DNA of 64,000 bases from Octopus sinensis (Eukaryota), in contig NC_042999.1 in assembly GCF_006345805.1 (NCBI RefSeq), forward strand, positions 108,748,001 through 108,812,000, in the 5' to 3' direction. The number at the start of each line of letters is the position of its first letter. The first letter of the stretch is position 1. Positions 61,916 through 64,000 of the stretch are shown here, in pieces. The translations under genes and the position numbers were made by a program. The notes below the pieces were generated by a model. It did no database searches and had not been told where the DNA came from. It worked only from the letters and a program-made list of their open reading frames with translations.

Positions 61916-63599
61916 AAAGAGAAATCAACCTTTTACTATGTCAGCGCTTACCTTGAATAGATTCTTTTGTAACATCATTGAATAGACAATTGAACATCAA
62001 AAGAAAATTGTTAGTTTATAAATGACTTTGATAGTACTTTTCATCATTCTATATGGAAAAGACTGAGCTATTATGGAATTACTTTATGCTACATTTACAA
62101 ATTTAAACCAATGTATCAAATGTCTTGTTGCTAGGATTTAACAACCAACTGAAAGTTTTATCAATTTTATCAAGGTGAACAGATTGTATTTTTCACTTTT
62201 CTTCTTTGTTAATGTTTTATTTTATACAAAAGAAGTCTTTAAATGCTGAAAAGTAGGAAATTTACTAGTGAAACCTTTGACTAAGTAATTCTTATTTTGC
62301 TGAAATGTTGCTTCAATCAGAAAAATCTGTTGTGTAATATAATTGTAACAAAGAAGATTTGTCCTTTGATAAACAGCATTAAAACAAATTTAAGAGAGTA
62401 GTTTCTGTGATGATCACAAACCTCCAAAAAAAACTTTTACTGAGTATAACACTCACAAGTTCATCTAATGTGTAGGTCAGTGTAGAAGTTAGAATCTAAT
62501 TTTTCTTCAAGGAATCATCAATTCATTCATTTTATGCAGTTTTGTCAATACACAACTTGGTTGAGAGAATGCTGGAGTAGAGATAAGTTATCAAATATAG
62601 TATAGTTATAGCCTTTTCTTGTATGTTCATGTATATATCAGCTACTCAGAGATACTTCTAGCTGTATAGTCAGCAAAGTTTGCTTGTACTAGGTTTCATA
62701 ACTTAGAAATTTTTGTCTGTTGCTCTTGAGGTATTGCCTTCCAGAATTAAATACCTTTATTCAGGACATAATGCTACATTGATGATAAGATATGTAAAAT
62801 CAACCTTTCAGCTTGGAGGCTAATGGCCTAAAAATGGAACCCTATGCAACTTCCAATTTCTAAGATATTTCCAGAAAGCAATATCTATAAAATTATGTTA
62901 CAATTCTATAAAGCTGTAGTTGTTTTTAATAGTAATTCATGTTCTTCATCTTGGAATATAAAAAGAAAATATGATGTGTTCTATTTAGGATATCTTCACA
63001 AACTATTCAAAATGCCTCCAGTATCTACATTTATATAGAAACAGACTGGACAGGGAAGAGACTACATTTTACCTTATTAAAATATCACAAAAATGGCAGA
63101 CCTAAAATACAATAGAGATCAATCATAGCAATAAGATATTAGATAGTCACTAAATCCATGAATGAGATGAAAGAATATTAGTCAACAGAGAAAGATGAAA
63201 TTGGTATCTAATTGCTTCACTCTGAACTGAATAGAAGATAGTGATGATGGTATTATTGACATACTAATCAATCGCAATGCATATATTTTCATAATTCTTC
63301 TTGCTTTTTTGATTTATTTTCTACTTAATTCTGCCATGTCTAAAACCACAAATATTATTTCTTCATCCTAATCTTGAGAAAAAACAATTATTTTCCATAA
63401 CTGTTCAGAAATCTTGCTCCTTAGCCTTATTTTTATATCTAATAGCATAGTTAAAGAATTAATTATTTTCTTTTAACTGTATAGAGTAAATTCAGTTACT
63501 TTCATAATTATAGAATATTCTAAATAGACTGCTGTGCAAGAAATATATATGCATGTATAGGACAGATTTCATATAATAATTAGAATTATTTCTAATTTT

Positions 63600-63810
63600 G
63601 GCATCAAGTTAGCAATATTTTAGGGGTGTGGGTAAGTTGATTACACCAACCCCAGTAACTGACTGGAATTTTGCTGTATAAATATCAAATAGATGAAAGG
63701 CTAAGTTGACCTCAGTAAGATTTGAACTCAGAACATTAAGAGCCAGAAGAAATGTGGCTAAGCAATTTGCCTGATGCACTAACTAACCTTGCAACTCACC
63801 ACCTTCATAG
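63600..63810 (-). mobile_element. Family C SINE
   Basis: ACCAACCCCAGTAACTGACTGG...GATGAAAGGCTAAGTTGACCTCAGTAAGATTTGAACTCAGAAC...CTAAGCAATTTGCCTGATGCACTAAC. Confidence 0.8.
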
Positions 63811-64000
63811 TAATAATAATAATATAACTGTAACAAAAACTAGAAACTGGTTAATCATATTTTTAGTTGCCTGAAAATTAAACACTTCAAGATGTGTATA
63901 TAAACACACATACATAAATCCTCAAGCTTAATGCTGTTTCATTGACTTTGCTCTAATCCTACCCAGTAAAAATAATTAACTCTATGCTCTTCATATAGCT

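Noticed and set aside
1-64000. CRISPR arrays, rRNA, intact tRNA genes, operon-like or prokaryotic defence systems
   Set aside because: There are no regularly spaced repeat-spacer arrays, no long ORFs and no rRNA-like sequence. The DNA has eukaryotic intron features throughout.

Overview
This is a very AT-rich, CpG-depleted eukaryotic window, almost certainly intronic DNA of an octopod cephalopod. The taxon is inferred from the tRNA-headed SINEs and RTE tails, which match Octopus repeats as I recall them; this was not checked against a database. One plus-strand coding exon is convincing (38995-39279, phase 1-1, Pro/Ser-rich, gene unidentified). Two small downstream exon candidates are phase-compatible with it: 56102-56139 and a 15-nt microexon at 56587-56601. 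The rest is transposon debris: dozens of SINE and RTE 3'-end copies, RTE, CR1-like and Tx1-like LINE relics, a pogo relic with a nested mariner MITE, a mariner built from two inverted 3' ends, several MITEs, a young non-autonomous Helitron in a (TA)n tract, and many microsatellites. The most unusual items are a 142-nt four-hairpin element that shares a motif with the Helitron, an apparently identical 609-bp duplication with splice-site-like edges, the microexon with a UGC signature, and a possible decayed GPCR. Nearly all supplied ORFs are microsatellite or antisense-repeat artefacts. No rRNA, CRISPR array or prokaryote-type system is supported. SINE and LINE boundaries are approximate (about 10-30 bp). 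TIR, TSD, exon and duplication coordinates were counted base by base.
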